A DNA stretch of 64,000 nt from a virus (taxonomy: Duplodnaviria; Caudoviricetes): IMG/VR virus record IMGVR_UViG_3300020042_009256, positions 1-64,000 of that record; one strand, 5' to 3'. Shown here piece after piece: positions 7,709-16,173 of the stretch. The translations under genes and the position numbers were made by a program. Below the pieces are notes generated by a model that saw nothing but the letters and a program-made list of their open reading frames with translations, ran no database searches and was not told where the DNA came from. Position 1 is the stretch's first letter; the number at the start of each line of letters is the position of its first letter.

Positions 7709-9509
7709 ATCTTGGCTTGTATTCGATTGTGAAACTGACGGGTTGTACGACCAGGCTACAAAAGTTCATTGCATTGTGATCTATGATCTCAACCTCGAAC
7801 AGACTTTTTCTTATGGGCCTGACAGCATTGCTGCTGCTCTTGCTCATTTGGCAACTGCCGATGTACTCATTGGTCACAATGTAATTTTTTATGACATTCC
7901 AGTTCTGCAAAAACTACATTCGTTTAACAGTAAATCACGCATTGTAGATACACTCATCTGTACCAGATTAATCTGGCCCAAAGAATTACTCTATGAACTT
8001 GACACAGAACAATATACGGAAGTTCCAAAGAAGCTACGCGGTTCTGCCGGACTCAAAGCTTGGGGCTACCGATTGGCTGATAACAAAATTAACTTCAAAG
8101 ATTTCTTGGAGTATTCCCAAGAAATGTTGGACTACTGCATCCAAGACGTTGCAGTTACCACAAAATTATTCAAACGCATCCAGGGACAAAACTATGCTGA
8201 GCCTGCACTCAAGTTGGAACATGACTTTGCTTTGGCGATTAATAAACAAATTAGATCAGGTGTTCCTTTTGATTTGGATGCAGCTCTTGATTTGGTGGAT
8301 GATCTCCGAGCAAAACAAAGCAAGCTTGAAACACAGCTAAAAGAATTGTTCCCACCTATAGAACATGAGTCTTGGTTTACACCTAAGGTAAATAATGCTG
8401 CTCGTGGTTATGTCAAAGGTGTACCATTCCGTAAGGTAAGAGTAGAAGAATTTAACCCTGGATCTAGACGACAGATTGCTGATCGACTACGCAAAAACTA
8501 TAACTGGGTGCCAGAGAAAGTAACAGCAAAAGGTAATCCAAGTCTTGATGATGAAGTGTTAGAACAACTACCGTACCCTGAAACAAAAACATTAGCAGAG
8601 TATATGCTAATTGATAAACGCCTTGGACAAATTGCAGATGGCAACAATGCTTGGATCAAACTTGTTAATAGTGATGATCTCCGTATGCACGGTGATGTTG
8701 TTACGAATGGTTGCATCACGGGTCGTTGTGCACACCGTTACCCCAACATGGGTCAAGTCCCGGCGGGATATTCGCCTTACGGAAAAGAATGCCGCTCTTT
8801 GTTCTACGCTCCTAACGGCTGGGATCTTATTGGTATTGATGCTAAAGCATTGGAACTTCGGTGCCTTGCTGGTTATCTTGCTCTTTGGGACAATGGCGAA
8901 TATGCTTCTCTTGTTGTTAATCCAGAAGTAGATATACATACATACAACCAAGAACAATTTGGTGTGGAAACCAGGGACATAAGCAAACGTCTGCTCTACG
9001 GAATGTTGTATGGATGTGGTGCAGTTAAAGCTGGTACAATTATTAACCCTAACGAAAAAAATCCTGACAAACTTAAACGTCTTGGCCGTAATGCTATTGA
9101 TGGTTTTATGAATGGTGTACCAGCACTTAAAAAATTGAAAGAACAAATTGAATGTACACTTATTGAACGTAATTATTTAATTGGATTAGATAAGCGTGCA
9201 TTGTATTGTCGTTCATCATTTAAAGGATTAAACGTATTGTTGCAATCGGCTGGTGCAATTCTTATGAAACAAGTTGTTGTAAACATTCACAACAACATTG
9301 AACAGAACCTTGGCTTGCCTTACGGCAAGAGCTGGGAGCAACTACTAATGATCCATGATGAAGTTCAGTTAACTTGTTATGGCGAATACACCGAAGCCAT
9401 TCGGGAGCAAGCTATGATGGCATTCCCTCAAGCCCAGGAGTTCTTTGACTTCCGTTGCCTCATCGAAGGGGACAGCAGGGTTGGAAGCAACTGGGCTGAG
9501 ACTCACTAA
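7686..9509 (+). CDS. polA: DNA polymerase family A with 3'-5' exonuclease (T7 gp5-like)
   Basis: ExoI FDCETDG, ExoII GHNVIFYD, ExoIII YCIQDV; motif A DAKALELR, motif B KRLLYGMLYG, motif C IHDEVQ. Confidence 0.97.
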   Translation: MKPSSVSESWLVFDCETDGLYDQATKVHCIVIYDLNLEQTFSYGPDSIAAALAHLATADVLIGHNVIFYDIPVLQKLHSFNSKSRIVDTLICTRLIWPKELLYELDTEQYTEVPKKLRGSAGLKAWGYRLADNKINFKDFLEYSQEMLDYCIQDVAVTTKLFKRIQGQNYAEPALKLEHDFALAINKQIRSGVPFDLDAALDLVDDLRAKQSKLETQLKELFPPIEHESWFTPKVNNAARGYVKGVPFRKVRVEEFNPGSRRQIADRLRKNYNWVPEKVTAKGNPSLDDEVLEQLPYPETKTLAEYMLIDKRLGQIADGNNAWIKLVNSDDLRMHGDVVTNGCITGRCAHRYPNMGQVPAGYSPYGKECRSLFYAPNGWDLIGIDAKALELRCLAGYLALWDNGEYASLVVNPEVDIHTYNQEQFGVETRDISKRLLYGMLYGCGAVKAGTIINPNEKNPDKLKRLGRNAIDGFMNGVPALKKLKEQIECTLIERNYLIGLDKRALYCRSSFKGLNVLLQSAGAILMKQVVVNIHNNIEQNLGLPYGKSWEQLLMIHDEVQLTCYGEYTEAIREQAMMAFPQAQEFFDFRCLIEGDSRVGSNWAETH

Positions 9510-9522
9510 CTAATTCTTAATT

Positions 9523-9702
9523 ATGATTGACTGGAAATCTGTAGCCTTTCGACTACATGAAATTGCTGAGTATTATTTTGATTGCAGTATGGACAGTTCT
9601 CTTCATGATGAAGAGATAGAAGTATTGCACACAAAATATCTTGATTTAGTATCTACTTTAATAACAGAAGAACCAATAGATCTTTCTGTATCTAACGAAT
9701 AA
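9523..9702 (+). CDS. hypothetical 59-aa acidic protein (below ORF-track cutoff)
   Basis: ATG..TAA, MIDWKSVAFRLHEIAEYYFD...; fills the gap after polA. Confidence 0.55.
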   Translation: MIDWKSVAFRLHEIAEYYFDCSMDSSLHDEEIEVLHTKYLDLVSTLITEEPIDLSVSNE

Positions 9703-9714
9703 AAATAATTGACT

Positions 9715-9741
9715 CGTCCCAGGTAAGACGTTAAACTGCCT
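9715..9741 (+). promoter_or_regulatory. mini pseudoknot motif, copy B
   Basis: CGTC-C-CAGGTA-A-GACG-TTAAAC-TGCCT: stem2 AGGTA/TGCCT, compensatory relative to copy A. Confidence 0.7.
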
Positions 9742-9761
9742 TCCACTAACCATCTGAACCA

Positions 9762-10565
9762 ATGAACTTTGTAACGGTGTGTGCCCAGGCAACTGAGGTG
9801 CCACGTGAGGTATATACCTCAGCAACTTCCACAGCATTACGTTGTAATCTTTTGTTACCTCCAGTAGGTAACAAAGCCCCTACTCCAATTGAATTCAATG
9901 TGTACGGAAAAGCTGCCGAACGTTTTCAACACACCACCAAGGGAGGACTTCTCTACATTCACGGCGCCAAGTTACGTCATGACTTGGACACAAGAACGCA
10001 CTCATTACATGGAGGCATTGTCACTCCGGTTACAGAAGCATTCCCAATCTTTAATACAGTCATCCTCGGTGGCCGTTGCGTTAAAGACATCCATCAAGAT
10101 GACGCCCGCGCTTTTAGAACAACGGCAGATGGGTTAATGATTTGTAATCAAACTCTTTCAGTTAATACTGGTCGCAACCAAGCTGATCTGTTTAACTTCT
10201 ATGCAATGAATACTGCAAAAGATAAGTTAAACAATGCGGAACTTCTGGTTAACTTTACCAGGAAAGGCACAGGTCTTTCAATCATTGGCCGCATAGTTAG
10301 CGATGCTTGGGTTGATAAAGAAACCAAGGAGAAAAAATTGAATACCAAAATTCAATTAATGTCTATGACCTTGGCTCCCAAGAACACGACCGCTGCTCCT
10401 GAAATCAAAGCTCAAACGACTGTTGCAACTGATGAAGTTGTTGGTCTTTGGGGTGGTAAGACCGCTGATGATAGTGACGTATGGAATCAAGCATCTGGCG
10501 GTGGCTTGCCTGATCTACCTGGTCAGTACGGCGCCGCACCTAACCTTGACGAAATTCCTTTTTAG
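9762..10565 (+). CDS. ssb: single-stranded DNA-binding protein with two OB folds
   Basis: Second domain NTVILGGR..FRTTADG...AELLVNFTRKG..IIGRIVSDAWVDKETKEK is SSB-like; first domain is similar (VYGKAAE); C-terminal tip DEIPF. Confidence 0.85.
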   Translation: MNFVTVCAQATEVPREVYTSATSTALRCNLLLPPVGNKAPTPIEFNVYGKAAERFQHTTKGGLLYIHGAKLRHDLDTRTHSLHGGIVTPVTEAFPIFNTVILGGRCVKDIHQDDARAFRTTADGLMICNQTLSVNTGRNQADLFNFYAMNTAKDKLNNAELLVNFTRKGTGLSIIGRIVSDAWVDKETKEKKLNTKIQLMSMTLAPKNTTAAPEIKAQTTVATDEVVGLWGGKTADDSDVWNQASGGGLPDLPGQYGAAPNLDEIPF

Positions 10566-10570
10566 ATAAT

Positions 10571-10594
10571 GGACCTGGGATGTCTTTAAACTCA
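10571..10594 (+). promoter_or_regulatory. mini pseudoknot motif, copy E (variant subtype)
   Basis: GGAC-C-TGGG-AT-GTCT-TTAAA-CTCA; both changes in the stems versus copy D give G-U pairs; preceded by GATAAT. Confidence 0.6.
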
Positions 10595-10616
10595 TCCGTA
10601 TTAAAACTAAAACACC

Positions 10617-11684
10617 ATGACTGAAGCATTACTTAACTCTGTCATTGACACTCCTCCTTCTCTGAAAACTCTTAAAGCTATGACTACCAAGAAAACCTCT
10701 GCACTTGCTACGCGTGGACTTGATTCATTCCGGCTCTTTCAATCCAAAGAATTTGTATCCGGATACCAAAACCTCATCACCATTCAGCCTCTTAACAAAT
10801 CAAAAACACGGGGTTGGTTCATCCGTAAGTCAGACCTGGACACTTGCGGATGGAGCGCAACTGAAAATCAGTTTGCTAAGTCTTCAGTTATCTGGAACTA
10901 CAAGCAAACTTTCGGTATGGCTCCCAATACTTCAGTTGAAGAAGGACTTAATTTTACTGAGCCTCGTTTACAAATCCTTCTACGTTCTCCCCTCATGGTT
11001 GAGGAAACCACAGGGATGAGGCAGACGATTGGTACCTTTGACAATCCCGATGTTAAAGAATGTTGGGAAGCTGACAAGATGGCAGCTGATCTTTCCAAGA
11101 GTAAAGGTGAAATGTACAAGCGCAAGTACAGCGTGCGTACCAAGTACCTTGTTTATATCTTAACTGAAGATAACAAGCGTGCCCATAAGATCCCTATGGT
11201 CTTGACCTTGAAAGGATTGAATGGTACGGATGTATCTGAAAAAGTTAAGTTATATGAAAAAGAAATGTCCAAGTGCTTGAGCAAAGCACTGGATGCTGAA
11301 GTACCCTTGTCATTCAATGAAAAGTTCTACGCCACTACCGTATTTGCTCCGGTACTTGCCAATGAAATGCGTGGAGAAAACAACGTTGAGATCTGCGCAA
11401 TTGAATCTTTTGACATCCCTGATTACAGCAGTCAAGAAGCTTCAGTTGAATCTTTGAATCGCATGTCGATTCCTGATGAAGATCGTGAATCAACTTGGAA
11501 GTTCCAGGAATTGTTTGCAGATTACATCAACCAACATGCTCGGCAAGATGCTGAGAAGTTGGGTGGTGCCTACGGTATTAAAGCCGGGGTTGAAATTCTG
11601 CCCGCTTCCAGGGGAGTCACGGAGGTTGAAGTGAAAGCTTTGCCTGCACGTGATGAACTTACTGGAGAAGACAGTTCATTCTGA
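10617..11684 (+). CDS. hypothetical protein (replication/recombination context)
   Basis: 355-aa ORF right after ssb; no confident family. Confidence 0.85.
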   Translation: MTEALLNSVIDTPPSLKTLKAMTTKKTSALATRGLDSFRLFQSKEFVSGYQNLITIQPLNKSKTRGWFIRKSDLDTCGWSATENQFAKSSVIWNYKQTFGMAPNTSVEEGLNFTEPRLQILLRSPLMVEETTGMRQTIGTFDNPDVKECWEADKMAADLSKSKGEMYKRKYSVRTKYLVYILTEDNKRAHKIPMVLTLKGLNGTDVSEKVKLYEKEMSKCLSKALDAEVPLSFNEKFYATTVFAPVLANEMRGENNVEICAIESFDIPDYSSQEASVESLNRMSIPDEDRESTWKFQELFADYINQHARQDAEKLGGAYGIKAGVEILPASRGVTEVEVKALPARDELTGEDSSF

Positions 11685-11939
11685 TACAGTAACTTGAGGA
11701 TTGGCTAAGTCATCTTGTTCAACAGCCTTGTTGTTAAAGATGAACATATCCTGAACCAATCCTCTAATTACACCTTGTCTTTGAGTGGCGATCCTTAACA
11801 AGAGGGTCGCCATTTCTTTTAAAGCACTGACTGAATTACATTCTTGAATTGATCGTTTGACTTTTTCTTCCCAGAATTTATCATCAAGCGTTGGTTCAAT
11901 TTGAAATTTAGACAATGAAACGTATTTGATTTTTTCCAT
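11676..11939 (-). CDS. distant NblA-like two-helix protein
   Basis: EPTLDDKF..SIQECNSVSALKEM..LLL..ATQRQGVIRGLV aligns loosely with NblA ELSLEQQF..VQNMS..AKDF..LY..VVRE..YQELL. Confidence 0.4.
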   Translation of the reverse strand: MEKIKYVSLSKFQIEPTLDDKFWEEKVKRSIQECNSVSALKEMATLLLRIATQRQGVIRGLVQDMFIFNNKAVEQDDLANPQVTVSE

Positions 11940-11972
11940 TAGTACAACCATGAACACTTTATTGTACCTGTT

Positions 11973-12173
11973 ATGAAACCTGAAGACAAAGCAGCATTGA
12001 AAGCAGGCGGCACTACGTTTTTAGTAGGCAGTCTGGTTGCTGTAGCATTTGCAAACCCTATGTCATGGATAGCTGTTGCTTATGGAACCTACAAGATCAG
12101 CAAAGAGGCGAGGCGTTCAGCCAGGGCCCGTGCTACCATTGATTCCTCAGATGAAAAAAACCTTTTCATCTAA
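11973..12173 (+). CDS. small membrane protein
   Basis: Hydrophobic GGTTFLVGSLVAVAFANPMSWIAVAYG. Confidence 0.6.
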   Translation: MKPEDKAALKAGGTTFLVGSLVAVAFANPMSWIAVAYGTYKISKEARRSARARATIDSSDEKNLFI

Positions 12174-12194
12174 ACTCAACCCTAACTCAAACCA

Positions 12195-13139
12195 ATGTCA
12201 ATCCAAACGCAAACGCAACTCACTACGGCGCAAGCTTCTATTTATTCTCGGTCTAACATCCGACGCGCCTTCCCAGACTTTGATGAGACTGAGATCGCTG
12301 GAATCTATTTGCGTGATACTGCTTGTCTTGTGGTGCGTCGGGATGGTAGTGAGCAAACTTATGATCGGTCTTTAATACAGTCTGCTTATCAAACGTATAC
12401 CCACCGATTAAAAGATTTCTTTTCTTACTTGGGTCCTAACTACAGGGGCCCATCTATTTGGCACAACAACGCCTACGTTATGTTCAAGGGTTGGAACTAT
12501 AGCCATGCCCTTGGTCACTTAACATCTAATGCTAAGCTCCAAGCCCATTGGGCTGATAAATTTATTCACCTTAAAGATGTCAACAAAGTTACAACGTTAT
12601 TACAATCAGATCAGACTGATCTTGGGCACCTCGTTGCCCCGGATGGGTTGCGGCTTCCGGCTGGGTCGGTTGACTTCGACGCTGACAATGAACAGGAACC
12701 CAACATGGGATCCCTTGCGGCTGAGCCTTATTGTTCATGTGGGTCCTTTCAGCGTCAACTGGCAAACCTCAGTGATTTCCAAATGGAAATTACAGGCTAT
12801 AAACCATGGTGCATCCACCTGACTTGGTTTCACAAATACCGTGAGTTACTATGCAAACGCACGGATGTACGTAATGCAGCACGTGGTGGTGTGGTTGAAA
12901 CATGCGTTGCTTGGTGGTATGCCCCTCCTAGGGATCACATCAGTGATGGACGTTTTGTTTTATTGCATACCAAGTCAGGGGCTCAGGCACCACTGAGTCA
13001 CTGGCGTACGTACAAACCTAAGGAGATTTACACCCAGCACAATGCATGGGATTTATTCTCTAGTATGCTAGATGCTGGTTATGTTCCGTTTCCTGGTACG
13101 TCACTTCCACAACTAGCTAATGCTGTTAAAAAACAATGA
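12195..13139 (+). CDS. SWIM zinc-finger protein
   Basis: YCSCGSF...PWCIHL (CxC-xn-CxH). Confidence 0.7.
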   Translation: MSIQTQTQLTTAQASIYSRSNIRRAFPDFDETEIAGIYLRDTACLVVRRDGSEQTYDRSLIQSAYQTYTHRLKDFFSYLGPNYRGPSIWHNNAYVMFKGWNYSHALGHLTSNAKLQAHWADKFIHLKDVNKVTTLLQSDQTDLGHLVAPDGLRLPAGSVDFDADNEQEPNMGSLAAEPYCSCGSFQRQLANLSDFQMEITGYKPWCIHLTWFHKYRELLCKRTDVRNAARGGVVETCVAWWYAPPRDHISDGRFVLLHTKSGAQAPLSHWRTYKPKEIYTQHNAWDLFSSMLDAGYVPFPGTSLPQLANAVKKQ

Positions 13140-13339
13140 CCCTGGCATCTATTCCTTTTGAAAAAATGACTGTTACTTGCAGCAATGAAGACAACGGTGG
13201 CATGTGTATCACCTTTGATTGGGATGACACCGACCCAGCATTTGAACCATGGAATCAAATGACTGAACATCAACAGCGTAGTTTTCTTTTGACTTCTATT
13301 TCTAATAGGCTTCAAAAAGATCTTGATGCTGCGTCCTAA
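13136..13339 (+). CDS. hypothetical protein
   Basis: ATGA overlap; stop codon falls within pseudoknot copy C. Confidence 0.65.
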   Translation: MTLASIPFEKMTVTCSNEDNGGMCITFDWDDTDPAFEPWNQMTEHQQRSFLLTSISNRLQKDLDAAS

Positions 13340-13357
13340 GAACGACGTTAAACTTCT
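13332..13357 (+). promoter_or_regulatory. mini pseudoknot motif, copy C
   Basis: CGTC-C-TAAGAA-C-GACG-TTAAAC-TTCT: stem2 AGAA/TTCT, compensatory versus AGCA/TGCT in copy A. Confidence 0.7.
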
Positions 13358-13378
13358 AATTTAAAACTAATTAGACTC

Positions 13379-13504
13379 ATGTTTGAATTTCTTACCTCCA
13401 TTGTTCTTCCTCAGATCACAAACATCTTGCGTGATCTTGCCCTGGCAGCATGCGTAGCATTGTTGACGTGGGCTATTAATAAAGTTCAAACTCAATTCAA
13501 CTAA
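13379..13504 (+). CDS. 41-aa hydrophobic peptide
   Basis: MFEFLTSIVLPQITNILRDLALAACVALLTWAINKVQTQFN; not in track. Confidence 0.55.
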   Translation: MFEFLTSIVLPQITNILRDLALAACVALLTWAINKVQTQFN

Positions 13505-13509
13505 GCACC

Positions 13510-14223
13510 ATGACACAAATCACTGCAACAAAACTTGAAAGCCTAAACGTCTTAAAACTTTACGAACACTATGGTGCCCTGGAGCGCAGTCTTCCTCTCC
13601 TCACTCCTGAGTCCCAAGACTTGGCAAAAGCTGAACTGGAACAATGCGCACAAATTCGTTCAGAAAAAATTGACCGAATTTACTACGCTATTGCTGCGCA
13701 CGAAGATGCGTTAGAACGTATCAAGAAAGAAGGTGAGCTGATGGCTGTGGCCAAGAAGCATCACGAGTCTCAGATCAAATCACTCAAAGGTTTGATCAGT
13801 TGGTTGCGGCGGGCACTGCCTGTTGATTCCAATAAGATTACTGGGCGTAACTACCAGTTCACATTAATCAAGAAAAAAGACTTGACAGTGGAAGTCTCAT
13901 CTAGTATTGAAGACTGGGATGAAAAACAACAGGAACAATTTTGTATCCTCCAAGAAACCACTACAACCAAACGTATTGTGGTATGTTCAATAGGTGGTGA
14001 ACTTCTCGAAGAGAAAACAACACCTTCAACTAAAACCGAACTATTACCTAATCTTGATGCAATCCGTAACGCGTATCAAACCGGCCAACACCTCCCCATT
14101 GGAGTCAAGGTTGTCCAAGAATATTCCATCCGTACCAAACGAATCTACTCCGAACCTAAAGTGGACTTGGATGCATCCGAATATTTCGGAGAACTTCTAC
14201 CAGAAGTTGGAACCTCCGACTGA
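13510..14223 (+). CDS. Siphovirus Gp157-like protein
   Basis: Coiled coil EKIDRIYYAI..LERIKKE...IKSLKGLI..KITGRNYQFTL typical of Gp157. Confidence 0.65.
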   Translation: MTQITATKLESLNVLKLYEHYGALERSLPLLTPESQDLAKAELEQCAQIRSEKIDRIYYAIAAHEDALERIKKEGELMAVAKKHHESQIKSLKGLISWLRRALPVDSNKITGRNYQFTLIKKKDLTVEVSSSIEDWDEKQQEQFCILQETTTTKRIVVCSIGGELLEEKTTPSTKTELLPNLDAIRNAYQTGQHLPIGVKVVQEYSIRTKRIYSEPKVDLDASEYFGELLPEVGTSD

Positions 14224-14464
14224 TCTAGAAGATGCACATATCAAAATGTCATGTCATCAGCATGCCGTTGATGATTTTGATTTGCAGATCCAGATGAATG
14301 AGCTGGAACAATCTATGTTGTGTGATGGAGAAGATGTCCTTCCTTATCAGACAGGTAAGATGGATGATCTTGAACAAAAAAAGTTAAAACTTTTGTTGGG
14401 TAAACGATTCCATCGAAATGCATCACGTGCTTACTGGTTTTATATTATGAAGGCAGATAAGTAA
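14171..14464 (+). CDS. hypothetical protein
   Basis: ATG 14171 in track ORF 13994..14464; true start uncertain. Confidence 0.6.
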   Translation: MHPNISENFYQKLEPPTDLEDAHIKMSCHQHAVDDFDLQIQMNELEQSMLCDGEDVLPYQTGKMDDLEQKKLKLLLGKRFHRNASRAYWFYIMKADK

Positions 14465-14470
14465 ACTGCC
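14445..14470 (+). promoter_or_regulatory. possible weak pseudoknot copy F
   Basis: TTAT-G-AAGGCA-G-ATAA-GTAAAC-TGCC has the same spacing as copies A-C, but stem1 is all A-U. Confidence 0.3.
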
Positions 14471-14499
14471 ATACAATTAATAGATAGACAAGGTGTACC

Positions 14500-14763
14500 G
14501 TGATTGACGACAACCGATTAGTTGAATTACTGGCTGGCTTTACTCAAGGCGGTACACCTCTTCCTGCAATGACAGGAAACAAAATGGAATGGGGCGTTAC
14601 CATCCTTACTGCAGCAATGCTAGCTAATGAAAACTTAGCTGGTCAAATGACTGCAGAAGAAATGGTTGATGGGGCAATTAATTATTACAATGTGATTCAA
14701 GAACGTCTTGGTTTTTATCAACAACATCAAGCTGCTTCATTGGAAAAACTTTTAGGTAATTAA
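14500..14763 (+). CDS. hypothetical protein
   Basis: 87-aa ORF, GTG start. Confidence 0.7.
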   Translation: MIDDNRLVELLAGFTQGGTPLPAMTGNKMEWGVTILTAAMLANENLAGQMTAEEMVDGAINYYNVIQERLGFYQQHQAASLEKLLGN

Positions 14764-14796
14764 TCTGCTAAGGTATTTAAGTCTTTACCACCACCA

Positions 14797-14994
14797 ATGG
14801 AACCCGTTTACGTGCCAAGGTTAACCGTTATTTTTACGGTTGAACTTGAAGTTGAATACGATCCTTTTAAGGGTCGCACTACAGAGCAAACAGCTGCTGG
14901 CCTAGTAGAAGTAGCTGAGAATTTACTCTGGGAGACAAGCACCAATGTTACATCTGTTATTACAAAAATCACTGCAGTGCAATCTGATGACTAA
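14797..14994 (+). CDS. hypothetical protein
   Basis: 65-aa ORF in operon. Confidence 0.65.
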   Translation: MEPVYVPRLTVIFTVELEVEYDPFKGRTTEQTAAGLVEVAENLLWETSTNVTSVITKITAVQSDD

Positions 14995-15271
14995 AGACCT
15001 ACTCAAAAAACTTAATACGACTGGTGCCTTTGATACACCATGGCTTAGAGAGCAGCTTGAAAATTGGGACGTTGTTGCGGAACAAAAGAAAGCTGATTTT
15101 ATGGAACATATGTACCAGGTGTACAAGCCTGTTAACAAATGTTACACCGGACTATGGCAACGCTTCTGCATTCAAGAAGCTGGCCCTGCTGCACGGGAAC
15201 AGTACTTTGAAATGATAAAGGCTATCCGTATGTACGAAGAACAACAAGCCAAGGCTGTTGACAACGGTTAA
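14987..15271 (+). CDS. hypothetical protein
   Basis: ATG 14987 overlaps the upstream stop. Confidence 0.7.
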   Translation: MTKDLLKKLNTTGAFDTPWLREQLENWDVVAEQKKADFMEHMYQVYKPVNKCYTGLWQRFCIQEAGPAAREQYFEMIKAIRMYEEQQAKAVDNG

Positions 15272-15285
15272 CTTTGTCCTATAGT
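15258..15285 (+). promoter_or_regulatory. sigma70-type promoter
   Basis: TTGACA (15258-63), 16-nt spacer, TATAGT (15280-85). Confidence 0.6.
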
Positions 15286-15323
15286 TGGGGGCACACCACG
15301 CCAGTGGGGTCCCCCATTTTTTT
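15286..15323 (+). terminator. rho-independent terminator overlapping the promoter start site
   Basis: TGGGGG..CCAC-GCCA-GTGG..CCCCCA followed by T7. Confidence 0.65.
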
Positions 15324-15731
15324 ATGACTACTCAACTTCCTAAAGGCCCTATTAAAGACATCATCACATGGCAAACCAAACACAAAGAAAGCAAACAAGA
15401 GTGTGGAGTAGCTGAGATGAATACTCCTGGTACTACCAAGGATTCCCGCGAAGCCTTACACGACACCCGTAACGCAACTGACTCTGTAAAAGATTGGCGT
15501 AGTTTCTGGAAAGATGTATTGAATGAAACGAAAATAGAAGAAAAAATGTCTGTGCATAAACAAAAAACTATTGATAATTTTCTTGACACAATCTGTTGTG
15601 CACTAGAAGAGATGAGTGGTGAAGAAGTCTTTGATTGTTTTTTTGAAGCTGTTCAAAGTGAACATGAATATAAAGAAAAAGAATACAACAAGATTAATGA
15701 ACTTATGGATTTTTTGATTGGACTAAAATGA
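15324..15731 (+). CDS. hypothetical protein
   Basis: ATG 15324 in track ORF 15285..15731. Confidence 0.7.
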   Translation: MTTQLPKGPIKDIITWQTKHKESKQECGVAEMNTPGTTKDSREALHDTRNATDSVKDWRSFWKDVLNETKIEEKMSVHKQKTIDNFLDTICCALEEMSGEEVFDCFFEAVQSEHEYKEKEYNKINELMDFLIGLK

Positions 15732-15985
15732 AAACACCTAAAAAACCCACGCCATTGCAACTATTTAAACAATGGAAAAAAACTGAACTCGCATTACAAA
15801 AAGCAAGAAGTGAACAACAATTATTACAAAACATGGCTTTTAAAGCCCCAGGTATTTATTGTACTCGTATTACAGTGGACGGTTTTATTTACGAACTAAC
15901 AACCAAAAAAACTAATCCTTGGAATTCAAACCTTAATGTAACTAAACTTGGTTCAGTTGAAGAGTTTACTAAGTTAGTCAAATGA
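15728..15985 (+). CDS. hypothetical protein
   Basis: ATGA overlaps on both sides. Confidence 0.7.
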   Translation: MKTPKKPTPLQLFKQWKKTELALQKARSEQQLLQNMAFKAPGIYCTRITVDGFIYELTTKKTNPWNSNLNVTKLGSVEEFTKLVK

Positions 15986-16173
15986 TTAAACAACATGTTG
16001 CCTGGGTATGTTGCGACTGTGGTGAGAAGTATGGCAAGTGGTACCAGGATGGTGAGTATATAGGACCAAGTAGTCACTGTTCTACTATGCACTATGACAC
16101 TTGTGATGTGTGCGGTAAACATAATGTCCCTTGCACTGAGCCAAGGGACTATGGTTATTTACGGGACAATTAA
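15982..16173 (+). CDS. small Cys-rich zinc-finger-like protein
   Basis: CCDC...CSTMH..TCDVC....CTEPRDYG. Confidence 0.65.
   Translation: MIKQHVAWVCCDCGEKYGKWYQDGEYIGPSSHCSTMHYDTCDVCGKHNVPCTEPRDYGYLRDN

Noticed and set aside
8607-9146. 179-aa antisense ORF, and similar antisense ORFs in gmd, capsid, terminase and scaffold genes (e.g. 57686..58189)
   Set aside because: Antisense shadows of biased coding sequence, with no motifs, RBS or promoter support
2207-13357. Pseudoknot copies as pistol ribozymes or preQ1-I riboswitches
   Set aside because: They share the P1-loop-P1'-UUAAA look but lack the pistol P2/P3 and catalytic G, and lack the preQ1 ligand-binding residues
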